Positions 1-10,021 of a DNA stretch of 64,000 nucleotides are shown in pieces. The notes beneath the pieces were generated by a model. It searched no databases. It saw nothing but the letters and a program-made list of their open reading frames with translations, and had not been told where the DNA came from. The stretch's first letter is position 1. Every line of letters starts with the position of its first letter. Where the stretch lies: IMG/VR virus record IMGVR_UViG_3300031555_004022. One strand, given 5' to 3'. The DNA comes from an uncultured virus (IMG/VR IMGVR_UViG_3300031555_004022). Its lineage: Duplodnaviria > Heunggongvirae > Uroviricota > Caudoviricetes. The translations under genes were made by a program, and so were the position numbers.

Positions 1-147
1 CGTCTGAGTGCAAAGCAAAATGAACCCAACAGCACCGACCCCGAGAACAATCTCGGAGCCGGTGCTGTCAATGTCTGGAGGGGCGGCGAACATCCGACCT
101 CACCGCCGGTAGATTTGACGCTTACATTGGGGCATTGCAAATAGGGT

Positions 148-199
148 AAAAAGTTAGAAAAACCACCGTTTTCGAGGTGAAAACGGTGGTTTTTATGGT
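148..199. repeat. 52-bp direct repeat, left copy (putative att core of the island); contains a terminator hairpin
   Basis: AAAAAGTTAGAAAAACCACCGTTTTCGAGGTGAAAACGGTGGTTTTTATGGT is identical to 25110-25161. Confidence 0.9.
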
Positions 200-308
200 A
201 CGGGTGTTCATAACGGACTTGACTAAATTACATAATTGACCGGCAGCACACATATTCGCTGTAATAATCAAAAGCAGAAGTGAAACAACTTCATATGAGA
301 AATTATAT

Positions 309-1808
309 TTAATTCGCACGAATCATTATAATCGAAAGCAATCTGGCAAAGTCATACGGCCATAATGTGCTATCGGGATTGTCCTTTGATAATGGTTCCC
401 CTTCAGGATAGAATTCGAATAGTGCAATGATTTCTACCTCGTCTCCCTCTATAATGCTATCGTCAATATACTTTACACTAGATCGAGAGACAATACATGG
501 AATACTTGATCTATTTCTGTACGACACACCAGATAACGCTTGAATATTTAGATTTTTATCATATTCATAATCAAAACTTACATATTCCTCCTCTGAAATA
601 TACCATTCGTACCAATCTTTTGATTCAAATGATTGGGAGGAAATATATGCTGTGAGTTTAACATATATATCATCATACTTTGTGGGATTTTGTCGCAACT
701 CCTGTAAATCGACATTAGGAGCGTTTATATATTCGTCTAAATACTCGACATATGGGTGTTCTTTAAGATAAATGGTGGAGGTATCTTTTGCAGAACCTTT
801 CTCGAGATAGAGCTCTGTTGCCAATTCAGCGGGTATGGCAAGATTCAGATTTTGTCCTTCTGAGTAAGAGGCAAATGTAATACCGATCACATTGCCCTCA
901 TTGTTAAAGAGGGCACCACCACTACTGCCGCTGGAGATTGGTGCAGTGAATTGTAATACATCCATGTTTTCTTCCATAATTCTTCCGCTAAGAACACCGG
1001 TCGACACAGTGTTTTTTATTCCCAAAGGACTTCCAATGGCTACTACTGTTTCTCCTTTCTTAACAGAGGTCGAATTACCCAATACCAGAGGAGTAAGTCC
1101 AGTATCGTTGGAGAGTTGAAGAATAGCAATATCCTGGGCTTCTGAATAACAGATAATTCCAGATACATTGTACGAAATGTCCTGATTTGTGGAAATCTTA
1201 CAGGTGTGCGCTGAAGTCATTACATGGTAGTTAGTTACAACAGTGTTTCCGTTAAAGGCTACAAAACCACTGCCTGTTGCGGACAGTTTGCCTTTATGAT
1301 CGTAGCAGAAGATAGTTACCACGGACGCATCTGCCGCCTCAATTGCATTAGTATCATCTGAGAAAGATATTGGCTGCGTGGGAGCGGTTGTAAGAACAGT
1401 TGCAGAGGCGGTTGTGGGAACAGAAGTAGTTACTGGAGGTTCATTGCTAGTTACTAAACTACTTTTAAGGAATAAGATCAGTATGATCACAATCAGGGCT
1501 AAAACTATAATGGCAAAAATAATCAGAGTTCTAGGTTTGTGCTTAGTTGTAACCGGAATGACAGAGATTTTGGGTGGGTTTTCTGCTGAATTGGATAGTC
1601 TAATTTCGTCTGTTACTCCTTCTAAAAAGGAATCTGGAGAAATCGAAAAAATCTCACACATTTTTACTAGCAATGCGAAAGTGGGAGTAGACTCATCTGC
1701 CTCCCATTCGGCAATGATACCAGTGGAAAGCTCCAATTTGCTGGCAAGCTCTTTTTGCGTAAGATTATGTGATTCCCTCAGTGATAGTATTCTCATACCA
1801 AGGGTCAT
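309..1808 (-). CDS. XRE HTH - transmembrane - trypsin-like serine protease fusion
   Basis: N-terminal HTH (LTQKELASKL), hydrophobic helix (IIFAIIVLALIVIILILF), catalytic motifs TNYHV / DIAIL / GSSGGAL. Confidence 0.85.
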   Translation of the reverse strand: MTLGMRILSLRESHNLTQKELASKLELSTGIIAEWEADESTPTFALLVKMCEIFSISPDSFLEGVTDEIRLSNSAENPPKISVIPVTTKHKPRTLIIFAIIVLALIVIILILFLKSSLVTSNEPPVTTSVPTTASATVLTTAPTQPISFSDDTNAIEAADASVVTIFCYDHKGKLSATGSGFVAFNGNTVVTNYHVMTSAHTCKISTNQDISYNVSGIICYSEAQDIAILQLSNDTGLTPLVLGNSTSVKKGETVVAIGSPLGIKNTVSTGVLSGRIMEENMDVLQFTAPISSGSSGGALFNNEGNVIGITFASYSEGQNLNLAIPAELATELYLEKGSAKDTSTIYLKEHPYVEYLDEYINAPNVDLQELRQNPTKYDDIYVKLTAYISSQSFESKDWYEWYISEEEYVSFDYEYDKNLNIQALSGVSYRNRSSIPCIVSRSSVKYIDDSIIEGDEVEIIALFEFYPEGEPLSKDNPDSTLWPYDFARLLSIIMIRAN

Positions 1809-2028
1809 GTAAGCACCTCCTTCTACAAAGAATGAATCGTATCATCTATGAATATTCTATCTGGTTTCAATCAAACTGTCAATGATTTTATTCTATGCCA
1901 ATAATGTATCAACAATACTTGTTTGAAAATGCTGTAAAGCCATCTTATTAACAGTTCACACATTTGCTTTTCTTAAATTTCGCTTGTAAAATGAAGTTGT
2001 AAAAACAAATGAGTAGGAGGATAAACAA

Positions 2029-2400
2029 ATGGAACACACCATCTACGATTCAAAAACTGGACTGACTTATGAGCTCAATGGGGACTACTATCTACTTGCC
2101 GGAGAGGATAATCCGAAGGAGAATCCCATCGGATCTTGGGGACAGAGGCATTTGGAGTTTCTCAAAAAGCGGCAGAGGGCAGTATATCGGGAGATGCAGA
2201 TGAATGGCAGATTGAACAGCTATCTTGCCGAGATTGACACCCAGGCCACCGAAATGTTTAACCGTCTGATGAAGCGGCTTTCCGAGGCGGAAGGTGTGAC
2301 CGAAGAACTCAAGGAAGAAAACCAAATGCTGTGGGTGCAGACGATGAACAATCTAAGGAATGCTGCCACGGAAATCGTTTTAAGTGAGCTAATCTATTGA
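2029..2400 (+). CDS. tnpV: TnpV family protein (copy 1)
   Basis: Y.L.GDYYL, IG.WG.RH, EG.TE.LK..NQM.WV..MNN motifs; AGGAGG RBS. Confidence 0.85.
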   Translation: MEHTIYDSKTGLTYELNGDYYLLAGEDNPKENPIGSWGQRHLEFLKKRQRAVYREMQMNGRLNSYLAEIDTQATEMFNRLMKRLSEAEGVTEELKEENQMLWVQTMNNLRNAATEIVLSELIY

Positions 2401-2412
2401 TAGGTGATAATC

Positions 2413-2703
2413 ATGAAAGTCAAACTGGACGATTACGAAATCCGTGTGCTGATAAATGGCTTATATCAGCAACGGTGCGATTATGATCCGCAGACGAACA
2501 ATGAAATCGACGGTCTCCTTCTTCAGTTGCTCAGAAAGTCTGAGAACACGAAGCTTTGCCGTAGAAGAAAATTCCGCTTTGAGCCACATGAAATCAGTCT
2601 GATTCGTATGTGCTTAATTGAGTGGCGAAACCATCAACTGCTGGCTGGAAAGAAAGGAGCCGCAGAAGCAATCAGCGAATTAGTAATCCTATTTACCCAT
2701 TAA
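2413..2703 (+). CDS. Hypothetical protein
   Basis: ORF directly after tnpV with AGGTG RBS, followed by a terminator. Confidence 0.6.
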   Translation: MKVKLDDYEIRVLINGLYQQRCDYDPQTNNEIDGLLLQLLRKSENTKLCRRRKFRFEPHEISLIRMCLIEWRNHQLLAGKKGAAEAISELVILFTH

Positions 2704-2704
2704 C

Positions 2705-2740
2705 GAGAAGGGCTGTCATTCGCAAATGGCAGCCCTTCTC
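2705..2740. terminator. Stem-loop between convergent transcription units
   Basis: GAGAAGGGCTG...CAGCCCTTCTC inverted repeat. Confidence 0.65.
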
Positions 2741-2934
2741 TACTGTGGGGGACTAAGTATTACATGGCTGCAAATATCATTGAGGTATAAATATTCAGTA
2801 GATAGAAGAGTTGTCTTATTCTTAAAAGATGGAAGGCCTATCTAACACATATTTTCCGTAACATAGACACCAAGTATGTACTGCATATTTTGCACTTTCA
2901 GCCCCTATTCCATTATGTCAATCGTCCCATCAAA

Positions 2935-3087
2935 TTAATCAATGGAGAGCGATCTAATTTCCAAAGGGTTTGGCACATCAAGATCACCAATGCACTTTTC
3001 AATAAGGTGGGCTTTGCGTCCCTTATCAAATTGTTCCATTCGAGCCTTGTTTTCGAGATCTTCTACTAACCACTTTTCCATGCCCAT
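2935..3087 (-). CDS. 50-aa ORF, possibly the 5' part of a decayed gene
   Basis: GGTGAGG RBS then MGMEKWLVEDLENKARMEQFDKGRK...; the same frame continues past the stop with further stops. Confidence 0.35.
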   Translation of the reverse strand: MGMEKWLVEDLENKARMEQFDKGRKAHLIEKCIGDLDVPNPLEIRSLSID

Positions 3088-3143
3088 TCCTCACCTTTTA
3101 TTATAAGCAGTTAAGGCGGTGCGACTTGCAAACCGTTCAGCCA

Positions 3144-3488
3144 TTAAATATTCCCTGTAATGTTAATACTATCGATTCCGTCGCTCAATTTGCCGGTAGC
3201 TCCGCACCAACTACAAGTGGCAATACGGGATTCTCCATTCCAACAGTTTAGTTTGCCACAACTGCAGTAAAAGAATCCTTTAGTGCCGCAGTGGGGACAT
3301 CCGGGGTATTCTTCTCCTTGGATCAACGCACCAGCAATGGTAGTTTTGTCATAATCTTCATTGAGAGCAGTCTTTTCTTGGATAGGAAATGCCCAGGTAT
3401 ATTTCCAATCGCGTCCGGTACGCTCAAAACGAATGCCATACATTTTCTTTGTCTGAGCGCATTTGCTCAGTGCAATAACAGCAATCAA
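3144..3488 (-). CDS. TerY-C metal-binding domain protein
   Basis: YPGCPHCG..GFFYCSCGKLNCW...CSWCG cysteine pattern; GGAGG RBS; TerY operon context. Confidence 0.8.
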   Translation of the reverse strand: MIAVIALSKCAQTKKMYGIRFERTGRDWKYTWAFPIQEKTALNEDYDKTTIAGALIQGEEYPGCPHCGTKGFFYCSCGKLNCWNGESRIATCSWCGATGKLSDGIDSINITGNI

Positions 3489-3500
3489 AATCTAACCTCC

Positions 3501-4568
3501 TTAAATAAACAAGGAAATGATAGATACAATAACGGCAATAGCAACGCCACCCAAGGCAATACCAAGCTTTGTATTGATGGACTTATTCATATCCTGACAA
3601 TACTTATACAGCTGATCCATGTTTGTGGCTTCGAGTTTGGCAACAAAAGCATCATATTTTGCTTCAAGCTGTTGACTCAAATCTACAACTTGTTTCTCCG
3701 TATTGGAAAGCTGCGCCAGGCGATCATCCATCATTTTCTCAAGTTCTTTCAAAAATGCACTGTACTGCTGATCGGAGTTATCCTTAATCTGTCCAGGAAC
3801 AGCTTGAATGCTTTCAACCACAGCTTGAAGCTGTTTGGCAAACGCTTCATTTGTTCTTGCCAAATCTGCTGCGTAGTGCTCTTGAATCTGCTTTAATCCT
3901 GCAATATGTTCTGCACGGTCTTTTTGCAACTGAGCATCCAAATTCTCGGGAACTTTTGTGATCGCTCCCGTCACAACGGCAATTCGAGCAGCATAACTTT
4001 CCATCGAAGAAGTCAGCGACTGAGAATAAGCAGCTTCAGCTTTTGCCAATTCGTCCATGTGGCGGCAGTGGGCAACTTCTGCTTGAGTTTCTAATGCACC
4101 CGGAATTTTAGAAATTGAGGCTTCTGCAGCTAACACTTTTTCACTTGTTCTTGCCAAATCTGCTGCGTAGTGCTCTTGAATCTGCCTTAATCCTGCAATA
4201 TGTTCTGCACGATCTTTTTGCAGCTGAGCATTTAAATTCTCGGGAACCTTTGTGATAGCCCCAGTCACATCGGAAACTCGAGTAGCATAACTTTCCATGA
4301 GATTTGTAACAGCTATTTGATAGGACTGATGTTCATTGCGAACTTCCTGCACAAACCCCTCAATCTTCTTTTGGAACAAATCACTCAGTTCTGGCGGCAG
4401 TTTTGACAGTTCGTCTTGCAATGCTTTGGTACGAACTTCAAAAGATTCTGTCTGTGTTTTTGTGAGCGAAGCGACAGACTTCAAAATCTTCATCAATTCG
4501 TTTGAGTCTTTTATATTTTTGTGGAACTGATCTATCTCTCGTTCCAATTCTTGAATTGTTGTAAGCAT
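3501..4568 (-). CDS. Coiled-coil protein with internal repeat and C-terminal membrane anchor
   Basis: Helical Q/E/A/K-rich body; duplicated TGAITKVPENL.AQLQKDRAEHIAGL.QIQEHYAADLART; C-terminal LGIALGGVAIAVIVSIISLFI. Confidence 0.75.
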   Translation of the reverse strand: MLTTIQELEREIDQFHKNIKDSNELMKILKSVASLTKTQTESFEVRTKALQDELSKLPPELSDLFQKKIEGFVQEVRNEHQSYQIAVTNLMESYATRVSDVTGAITKVPENLNAQLQKDRAEHIAGLRQIQEHYAADLARTSEKVLAAEASISKIPGALETQAEVAHCRHMDELAKAEAAYSQSLTSSMESYAARIAVVTGAITKVPENLDAQLQKDRAEHIAGLKQIQEHYAADLARTNEAFAKQLQAVVESIQAVPGQIKDNSDQQYSAFLKELEKMMDDRLAQLSNTEKQVVDLSQQLEAKYDAFVAKLEATNMDQLYKYCQDMNKSINTKLGIALGGVAIAVIVSIISLFI

Positions 4569-4585
4569 TTATGTTCTCCTCTCTG

Positions 4586-7500
4586 TTAGCAGAACTGCAT
4601 GTTCAGCTGATTTGCCAACATTCCATAGTAAACTGTATCCTTATCTGCGTTTTTGTAAAGAGCATCGCAAATACTGATTTCATCACTGCCGAATAGAGTT
4701 CCGGTTTCACTCAAACAGCGAATGGTTTCAAATCGTCCTGCAGCATTCAACTTGGCAAAAACTTTGCTGATTGCATCCATCAGCTCTTGATTTTGTTTAG
4801 TAGGCGTATTTCTGATAATACGCTCAAATCTACTCTTATCAAAACGCGCATACAGCTTCAAATTACCAAGGAACAAGAAGCAATCCAAATTATACATGTA
4901 GCGATTACTGTTGATTCGCTCTACATTAGTTAATGTGTTACGACCGATTCCTTGTGCGACCTTTTCTGCGATTTCCTTGAGCGAAAGTTTGGAATAGTAC
5001 ATTTCGTCGCTCTTAATTTCAATGAACGGCAAGGTAAAATACTCTCTGATCTCCTCTGTCACTTTCTCGCTATCGCTCTCTTTGTTCGCTTCTGCAAACT
5101 CAAGGAAGTCCAAGAACATTTCCTTGTGATGATAGAGGAACTTCGCATAATACCAGTCCACATAAATCTTGATTACTTCGGTAATGTCTGTTGCTCGTTG
5201 CGTTTTAACGATTTGTTCTCGGTTAGAGCCAAGAGAATCATAGTATTCTGTTGCGCGCTTCTTCATACGGCCCAAGCCACAGTCATTGCCCAGCGTCATC
5301 ATTATTTCGATTTGACCGCTGTTTTCGTCCGTAGAATAGGAATACCAGTCCTTAATGAAGCCTATAACATATAGCATGTATATGTATTTCTTGGCCATGT
5401 CAACAGTTGCGAGAGGGTACTTCCGTGTGTTGATATCGCGACCATTCCGGTTCAAATCGTCGTAGATTTCCATGATTTGCCCGAGCAAGTCTTCTTTGGA
5501 GTCGATGTTGCTGTTGAGCTTTCGATAACAGTCGGAATAATCGTTGCCGATATCATTGAGAAGTCGAGCGATGTCAGGTATCTCAAGTTCGCGTTTTATC
5601 AAAATTGGAGGGACATTTTCCGGAACAGGTTCGAGATAAAACACATAGGAGTTTACAGCTTCATTGGCTCGTCCAGCTCGTCCGATCTCTTGAACAAATT
5701 CATTCTTTGATACGGGCAGACCGAAGTGGATGATGTTTTGAACATTCGGCAAATTGATACCAATGCCAAGTTCTTCACTTGCAACCAATACCTTGCACTT
5801 CTCGTCCGCAAACAAATGATATGCGTATGTGTTTTCTTTTTGGAAAACATCTGCCTCATAGCCAATCGCTTGGGCGACTTGGAATGAGACCTCATCGTTC
5901 TTGGTAAAAACGAGAGTTCGTTCATTTCTTCGGATCTGCTTACCTACGACTTCACACACTCTTTCTATCATCTCATCAAAGCTATGAACCGCTTGGAAAT
6001 GATAAGAAATGTTGTACTTTTCAAATGCAATAGGCGAGAAAATGTTTTGCTGTGGAATTTTCAACTGTTGCTGAATATCCTCAACAACCGTATAGTTTGC
6101 AGTTGCAGTAAAGCCGAGGAAGGTAACTCTATCTAAGAACTTGTTCAAAAACTTCGAGAGCATCAAATACTCCGGGCGGAAATCGTGCCCCCAGTTGGAA
6201 AGGCAGTGAATCTCATCCAATACCACATAGGAGATCGAGGGACCGGGAGCCACCTTGGTTTCATTCAGGATTCGAGACTGCTTATTCATTATGAGATTAT
6301 GTCCGCTATTGATGTACCGACACTTTACCAACAAGTGCCTATTCTGGAATGTGGTAGGGGTGAGGTACATCAAGCTGTTACGCATCTCAAATTTACTGAA
6401 ATCATTATCTGTTGTCAGTTTGAGATGAGATACATTATCCATGTGATGGAACTTTTTTAAGTTTCTAATCTGATCGTCAATCAGAATCTCTGTCGGTGCC
6501 AAAATGAACATGGGCAGAGGTTGCAATAGCGATGCAAAATAGAAAATCAAAGACTTACCGCTGCCGGTAGGCATGATACAAATAGAGTGACCATTTGAGC
6601 CAAGCATGTTTTTCAATGCAATGAACTGACCCTCTTTGAATGTATCAAACGGAGATATCTCGCCAAGTAAATACTCAAGATCTGGAAGCAAATCTGTGTC
6701 GAGCTGGTAGTTGATTTTCTCTCCAAGCCAAAGCTCACGAGCATTACAGGGCACTTTGTTTTCTTCAATGTAAACACCGTTGATCTTCTTATCCAGAGAT
6801 ATCTTGATTGCATTTTTGCCTTGGGGAACTCTTTCAAGAGTATATTTCTTGCTGACCCGCATGAGGCGCAGAAACCGAGCGACATAATCATTGATTATCG
6901 CGATGGCTATGTCCAGTTCTTCGTCCTTACCAGCATAAATTAAATCAAGATTCCGACCAACCATACCATTCTTTATCAGCTGAAGGATAATCATCATCAA
7001 CCGGAACACGCGCTGATAATTTATCTGGAATGTAGTGGATATGGTGTTTAGATAATGGGGATAGTCCTCCGGTGTGATGCAGCTGTTTCTAATCAGATAG
7101 TTGTAGACCAAGGCGAAAACAGTAGGTGCTTCGCTACAATGCTTTTCGCTGATGCCACAAATATAGAAACCGTTGTCCGTGTTACCCACGCCACAAGGGA
7201 TGTATATTTTGCCTTGGATTTTATTCAACTGGACATTTGTGTAATAGTCAACTTGGTCGGACTTATCTGTAAAGTCAATCGCCGTTGGTTCGGAATGATC
7301 GTCATGTGAACTTGGAAGTTCCAAATCTGCCCACGGATCATCCTTGCTGCCAAAGAGCTTTTCCTCTTTCTCTTTATCCAACTGTGCTTGTGCTGCCTGC
7401 GTCTCTCTAATAACAGCGCCATCAACTGCAGCAATCCACTGATCCACAGCCCAAGTTGCCGTATCTTCAAGCATGGAGTGTTGCTTAATCAATTTGTTAA

Positions 7501-7693
7501 TAGCATTGCTACGTTCAAGATTGTTGAGCGGAAAATGCGCTTGGATTAATGTAACGATACCAATATCATATGCACTCATAAGTGCATTGATTTTGGGAAT
7601 GTCGTTATTAAATGCGTCACTCAAAATTGCCTTTGTAGACTGTCTTTCTATGAGAGTGGCAGCATGACCAAGCAATATCTGATTCAGCTTCAT
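4586..7693 (-). CDS. RecQ-like SF2 helicase with long N-terminal extension
   Basis: MPTGSGKS, DEIHC, WGHDFRPEY, TATA and QEIGRAGR motifs. Confidence 0.9.
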   Translation of the reverse strand: MKLNQILLGHAATLIERQSTKAILSDAFNNDIPKINALMSAYDIGIVTLIQAHFPLNNLERSNAINKLIKQHSMLEDTATWAVDQWIAAVDGAVIRETQAAQAQLDKEKEEKLFGSKDDPWADLELPSSHDDHSEPTAIDFTDKSDQVDYYTNVQLNKIQGKIYIPCGVGNTDNGFYICGISEKHCSEAPTVFALVYNYLIRNSCITPEDYPHYLNTISTTFQINYQRVFRLMMIILQLIKNGMVGRNLDLIYAGKDEELDIAIAIINDYVARFLRLMRVSKKYTLERVPQGKNAIKISLDKKINGVYIEENKVPCNARELWLGEKINYQLDTDLLPDLEYLLGEISPFDTFKEGQFIALKNMLGSNGHSICIMPTGSGKSLIFYFASLLQPLPMFILAPTEILIDDQIRNLKKFHHMDNVSHLKLTTDNDFSKFEMRNSLMYLTPTTFQNRHLLVKCRYINSGHNLIMNKQSRILNETKVAPGPSISYVVLDEIHCLSNWGHDFRPEYLMLSKFLNKFLDRVTFLGFTATANYTVVEDIQQQLKIPQQNIFSPIAFEKYNISYHFQAVHSFDEMIERVCEVVGKQIRRNERTLVFTKNDEVSFQVAQAIGYEADVFQKENTYAYHLFADEKCKVLVASEELGIGINLPNVQNIIHFGLPVSKNEFVQEIGRAGRANEAVNSYVFYLEPVPENVPPILIKRELEIPDIARLLNDIGNDYSDCYRKLNSNIDSKEDLLGQIMEIYDDLNRNGRDINTRKYPLATVDMAKKYIYMLYVIGFIKDWYSYSTDENSGQIEIMMTLGNDCGLGRMKKRATEYYDSLGSNREQIVKTQRATDITEVIKIYVDWYYAKFLYHHKEMFLDFLEFAEANKESDSEKVTEEIREYFTLPFIEIKSDEMYYSKLSLKEIAEKVAQGIGRNTLTNVERINSNRYMYNLDCFLFLGNLKLYARFDKSRFERIIRNTPTKQNQELMDAISKVFAKLNAAGRFETIRCLSETGTLFGSDEISICDALYKNADKDTVYYGMLANQLNMQFC

Positions 7694-7817
7694 AGGCTCA
7701 TCTCACTATCCGGATCGTACTCCTGGTATTCAAATCTCTATTTTAGAGGAGTAATTTCCAAATTAATTATTAACATACATCGTTCTCTTGTTGTACCTTT
7801 GATCATAATAATCGCGC

Positions 7818-7849
7818 TGATGGAAACAGCAAATGATCTGTTTCCATCA
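7818..7849. promoter_or_regulatory. Intergenic stem-loop inside the operon
   Basis: TGATGGAAACAG-N8-CTGTTTCCATCA, 12-bp perfect arms. Confidence 0.5.
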
Positions 7850-7870
7850 AAAACGATTGCTTATTGATTC

Positions 7871-9220
7871 TTATTCGCCGACATCAGCGGGATTGGTATG
7901 CTCTTCTGATGAATGTACGCAGTCTTCTGAAAAGCGAATTTCGTCTTCAGAGTATACCCCTGTATGAACAATTTCGTCACTAATTGGGGTGATAGTTTCA
8001 TTCGCACTGAAATCTTTAGTGTCTTCCGACGAGGGTACAATGGACATATCGTCAGCACAAGTTAATTCTGCTTCAAATATGCCTCCATCAGATGCATCTT
8101 CTGCTAAGCTACACTGGTATGCAGCAATAGCGGTTGATAGTGCATTTTCAGCAGCTTCAAGACGTCTAACGGCCTCCTCTTGAACACGGTGAGCGGTATC
8201 AATTGAAAGTTGAGCCTCAGATGCTTTCTTCTCACAAGTTTCTACATTCAATCTGGCTTTGCTCAAAGCGGACAATATGTAGTCTTGTTTTTCTGCTGCA
8301 AGCACCACATCTCGATCAGCCTTTTCGCAAGAAGCCTTTGCATTAGAGTATTCGCACTGGGCCTTCAGAACTTCTATGAAAGGCATAGAAAGGGCTGTAG
8401 ATACAATACCTGCAATAGAAACATCATCACCGCTACCTTTGCGCGAAAGTCCTGGCAGAAATGCTTTAATCTCAGCTTCACCTGTTTCACGACCATACTC
8501 TGCGAAGATTGCGAGAATAGAGCGATAGAGGACATACATTTCCTCCGTGTTGGCATAGGAATCATCTATGCCGTCGGTTCCCATCAGTGTTGCGACAGGA
8601 CATTCCTTTGTAAAATAGTATCGGAATTCTTCTATTGCTTCGGAATCACAGATAGAGGTGGTGATGTTCGCTTGGCAATCCTCATCCCACGGGATTGGCT
8701 CACCCATGGAACCATCCTGTGAAATGCATACACACTTGCCGTCTCCAATCTGCAGGCCGAACCAGTAATTTTTAGTCTGGCAGGCAGCGATCAAGGTAGT
8801 GCCGTAAGCCTTTTCCTGTCTTTGGCCAGACAAATATCTTTTCTTATACTTTTCAGAAACTTTAGACAGTTCTTCTTCCGAAAAAGGATACTTTTCCAAA
8901 TCGGCATCAACAGCCGCATACCAATTAGCCAGGATATTTTTTGCCAGTTGCTCCAAATAGGAATCACTGTCTGCAGAAATATCAATGGCACTTTCTTCTA
9001 CGGTTTTCACGAACTCTCTAACAGCGGTAATCGTAGCTTCGACAGCAAAACTCGATCCTCTATCCGTTCTTGGATAATTGTCGCTCCCATGTCCGTCAGC
9101 AACAACAACGACCGCCATTGAATCGTCGGAATAGCAGCCAGAAGAGTCTTGGCATACCTTGTCCGATTTGATGTGATTGTATCCTTGTTCGGAAAAAGCG
9201 AAATCATATGATGTATTCAT
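7871..9220 (-). CDS. PP2C-family Ser/Thr phosphatase with coiled-coil and acidic tail
   Basis: CQDS, VADGHGS, YGTTL, QIGDG, TDGI and GDDVS motifs. Confidence 0.9.
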   Translation of the reverse strand: MNTSYDFAFSEQGYNHIKSDKVCQDSSGCYSDDSMAVVVVADGHGSDNYPRTDRGSSFAVEATITAVREFVKTVEESAIDISADSDSYLEQLAKNILANWYAAVDADLEKYPFSEEELSKVSEKYKKRYLSGQRQEKAYGTTLIAACQTKNYWFGLQIGDGKCVCISQDGSMGEPIPWDEDCQANITTSICDSEAIEEFRYYFTKECPVATLMGTDGIDDSYANTEEMYVLYRSILAIFAEYGRETGEAEIKAFLPGLSRKGSGDDVSIAGIVSTALSMPFIEVLKAQCEYSNAKASCEKADRDVVLAAEKQDYILSALSKARLNVETCEKKASEAQLSIDTAHRVQEEAVRRLEAAENALSTAIAAYQCSLAEDASDGGIFEAELTCADDMSIVPSSEDTKDFSANETITPISDEIVHTGVYSEDEIRFSEDCVHSSEEHTNPADVGE

Positions 9221-9241
9221 TGCTTTCCTCCGAAATGGGGT

Positions 9242-10003
9242 TTACCAATCTCCCCAGCCGCTATCATCAACCTTGATAGGATTGCCGCTTGAACCAGCCT
9301 CCTGAGAAATTTCTTCCTTAACCTCTTTGACGATATTTGCAGAGTCTTCTTCGGGGGTAGTCTCCACATCAGAAGTCTGCTTGCTGTGGCTTTGGAACTC
9401 GGACGCACGAACACTAACCTTGCGAATGAGAGCCTTCAGCGTGTGCTTATCGTTGACCGCAATAACAGACTCGGGAGTGCCGGTAAAGGTGGCAAGAACA
9501 TTTTTGTCTGCATCTTCACCGATAGCAATAGCGATCTTGATAGCATGCTTGAACCAATTGTTCTTCTTCAGCTGTTCCAGACCCTTTTCCCAATTATCGG
9601 TAGGACCACCATCGCTGAACAGGAGAATGACAGGAGCATATGCACCAGTCTGAGATTCAAGGAACTCTTTTCTGGATAACTTCTTATCCAGCTCGGTGCA
9701 TGCGGCGCCGAGATCGGTCAAACCATTGGCATGAAGATCGTTCCAGATTACATCGCCAATGCCGATAGGTCCGGAAGAAGGGGTGATCCAGGAGCAACCG
9801 CTGGAGAACTGCATGATAGCAACGCGGATCTCAGCATCGTCATTAGCGGTGGAGATGTCGGGCAAGTCCACAGTGATTGCTTCTTCCATAGCGGAGTTTA
9901 CGGAGCCGATCTTGTCGCCGGTCATACTGCCAGAAGTATCAACGACATAGAACAAGGTCATAATTTTACGGGGGGAAGGCGTAACTTGATCTAACAGTGA
10001 CAT
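9242..10003 (-). CDS. terY: TerY-like vWA domain protein
   Basis: MIDAS motif DTSGSM, G.TDLG, LFSDGGPTD. Confidence 0.85.
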   Translation of the reverse strand: MSLLDQVTPSPRKIMTLFYVVDTSGSMTGDKIGSVNSAMEEAITVDLPDISTANDDAEIRVAIMQFSSGCSWITPSSGPIGIGDVIWNDLHANGLTDLGAACTELDKKLSRKEFLESQTGAYAPVILLFSDGGPTDNWEKGLEQLKKNNWFKHAIKIAIAIGEDADKNVLATFTGTPESVIAVNDKHTLKALIRKVSVRASEFQSHSKQTSDVETTPEEDSANIVKEVKEEISQEAGSSGNPIKVDDSGWGDW

Positions 10004-10021
10004 GATTTATACCTCTCTTTT

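Noticed and set aside
31..68. Hairpin at the window start
   Set aside because: Context is cut off by the window edge; cannot tell a terminator from a REP-like element
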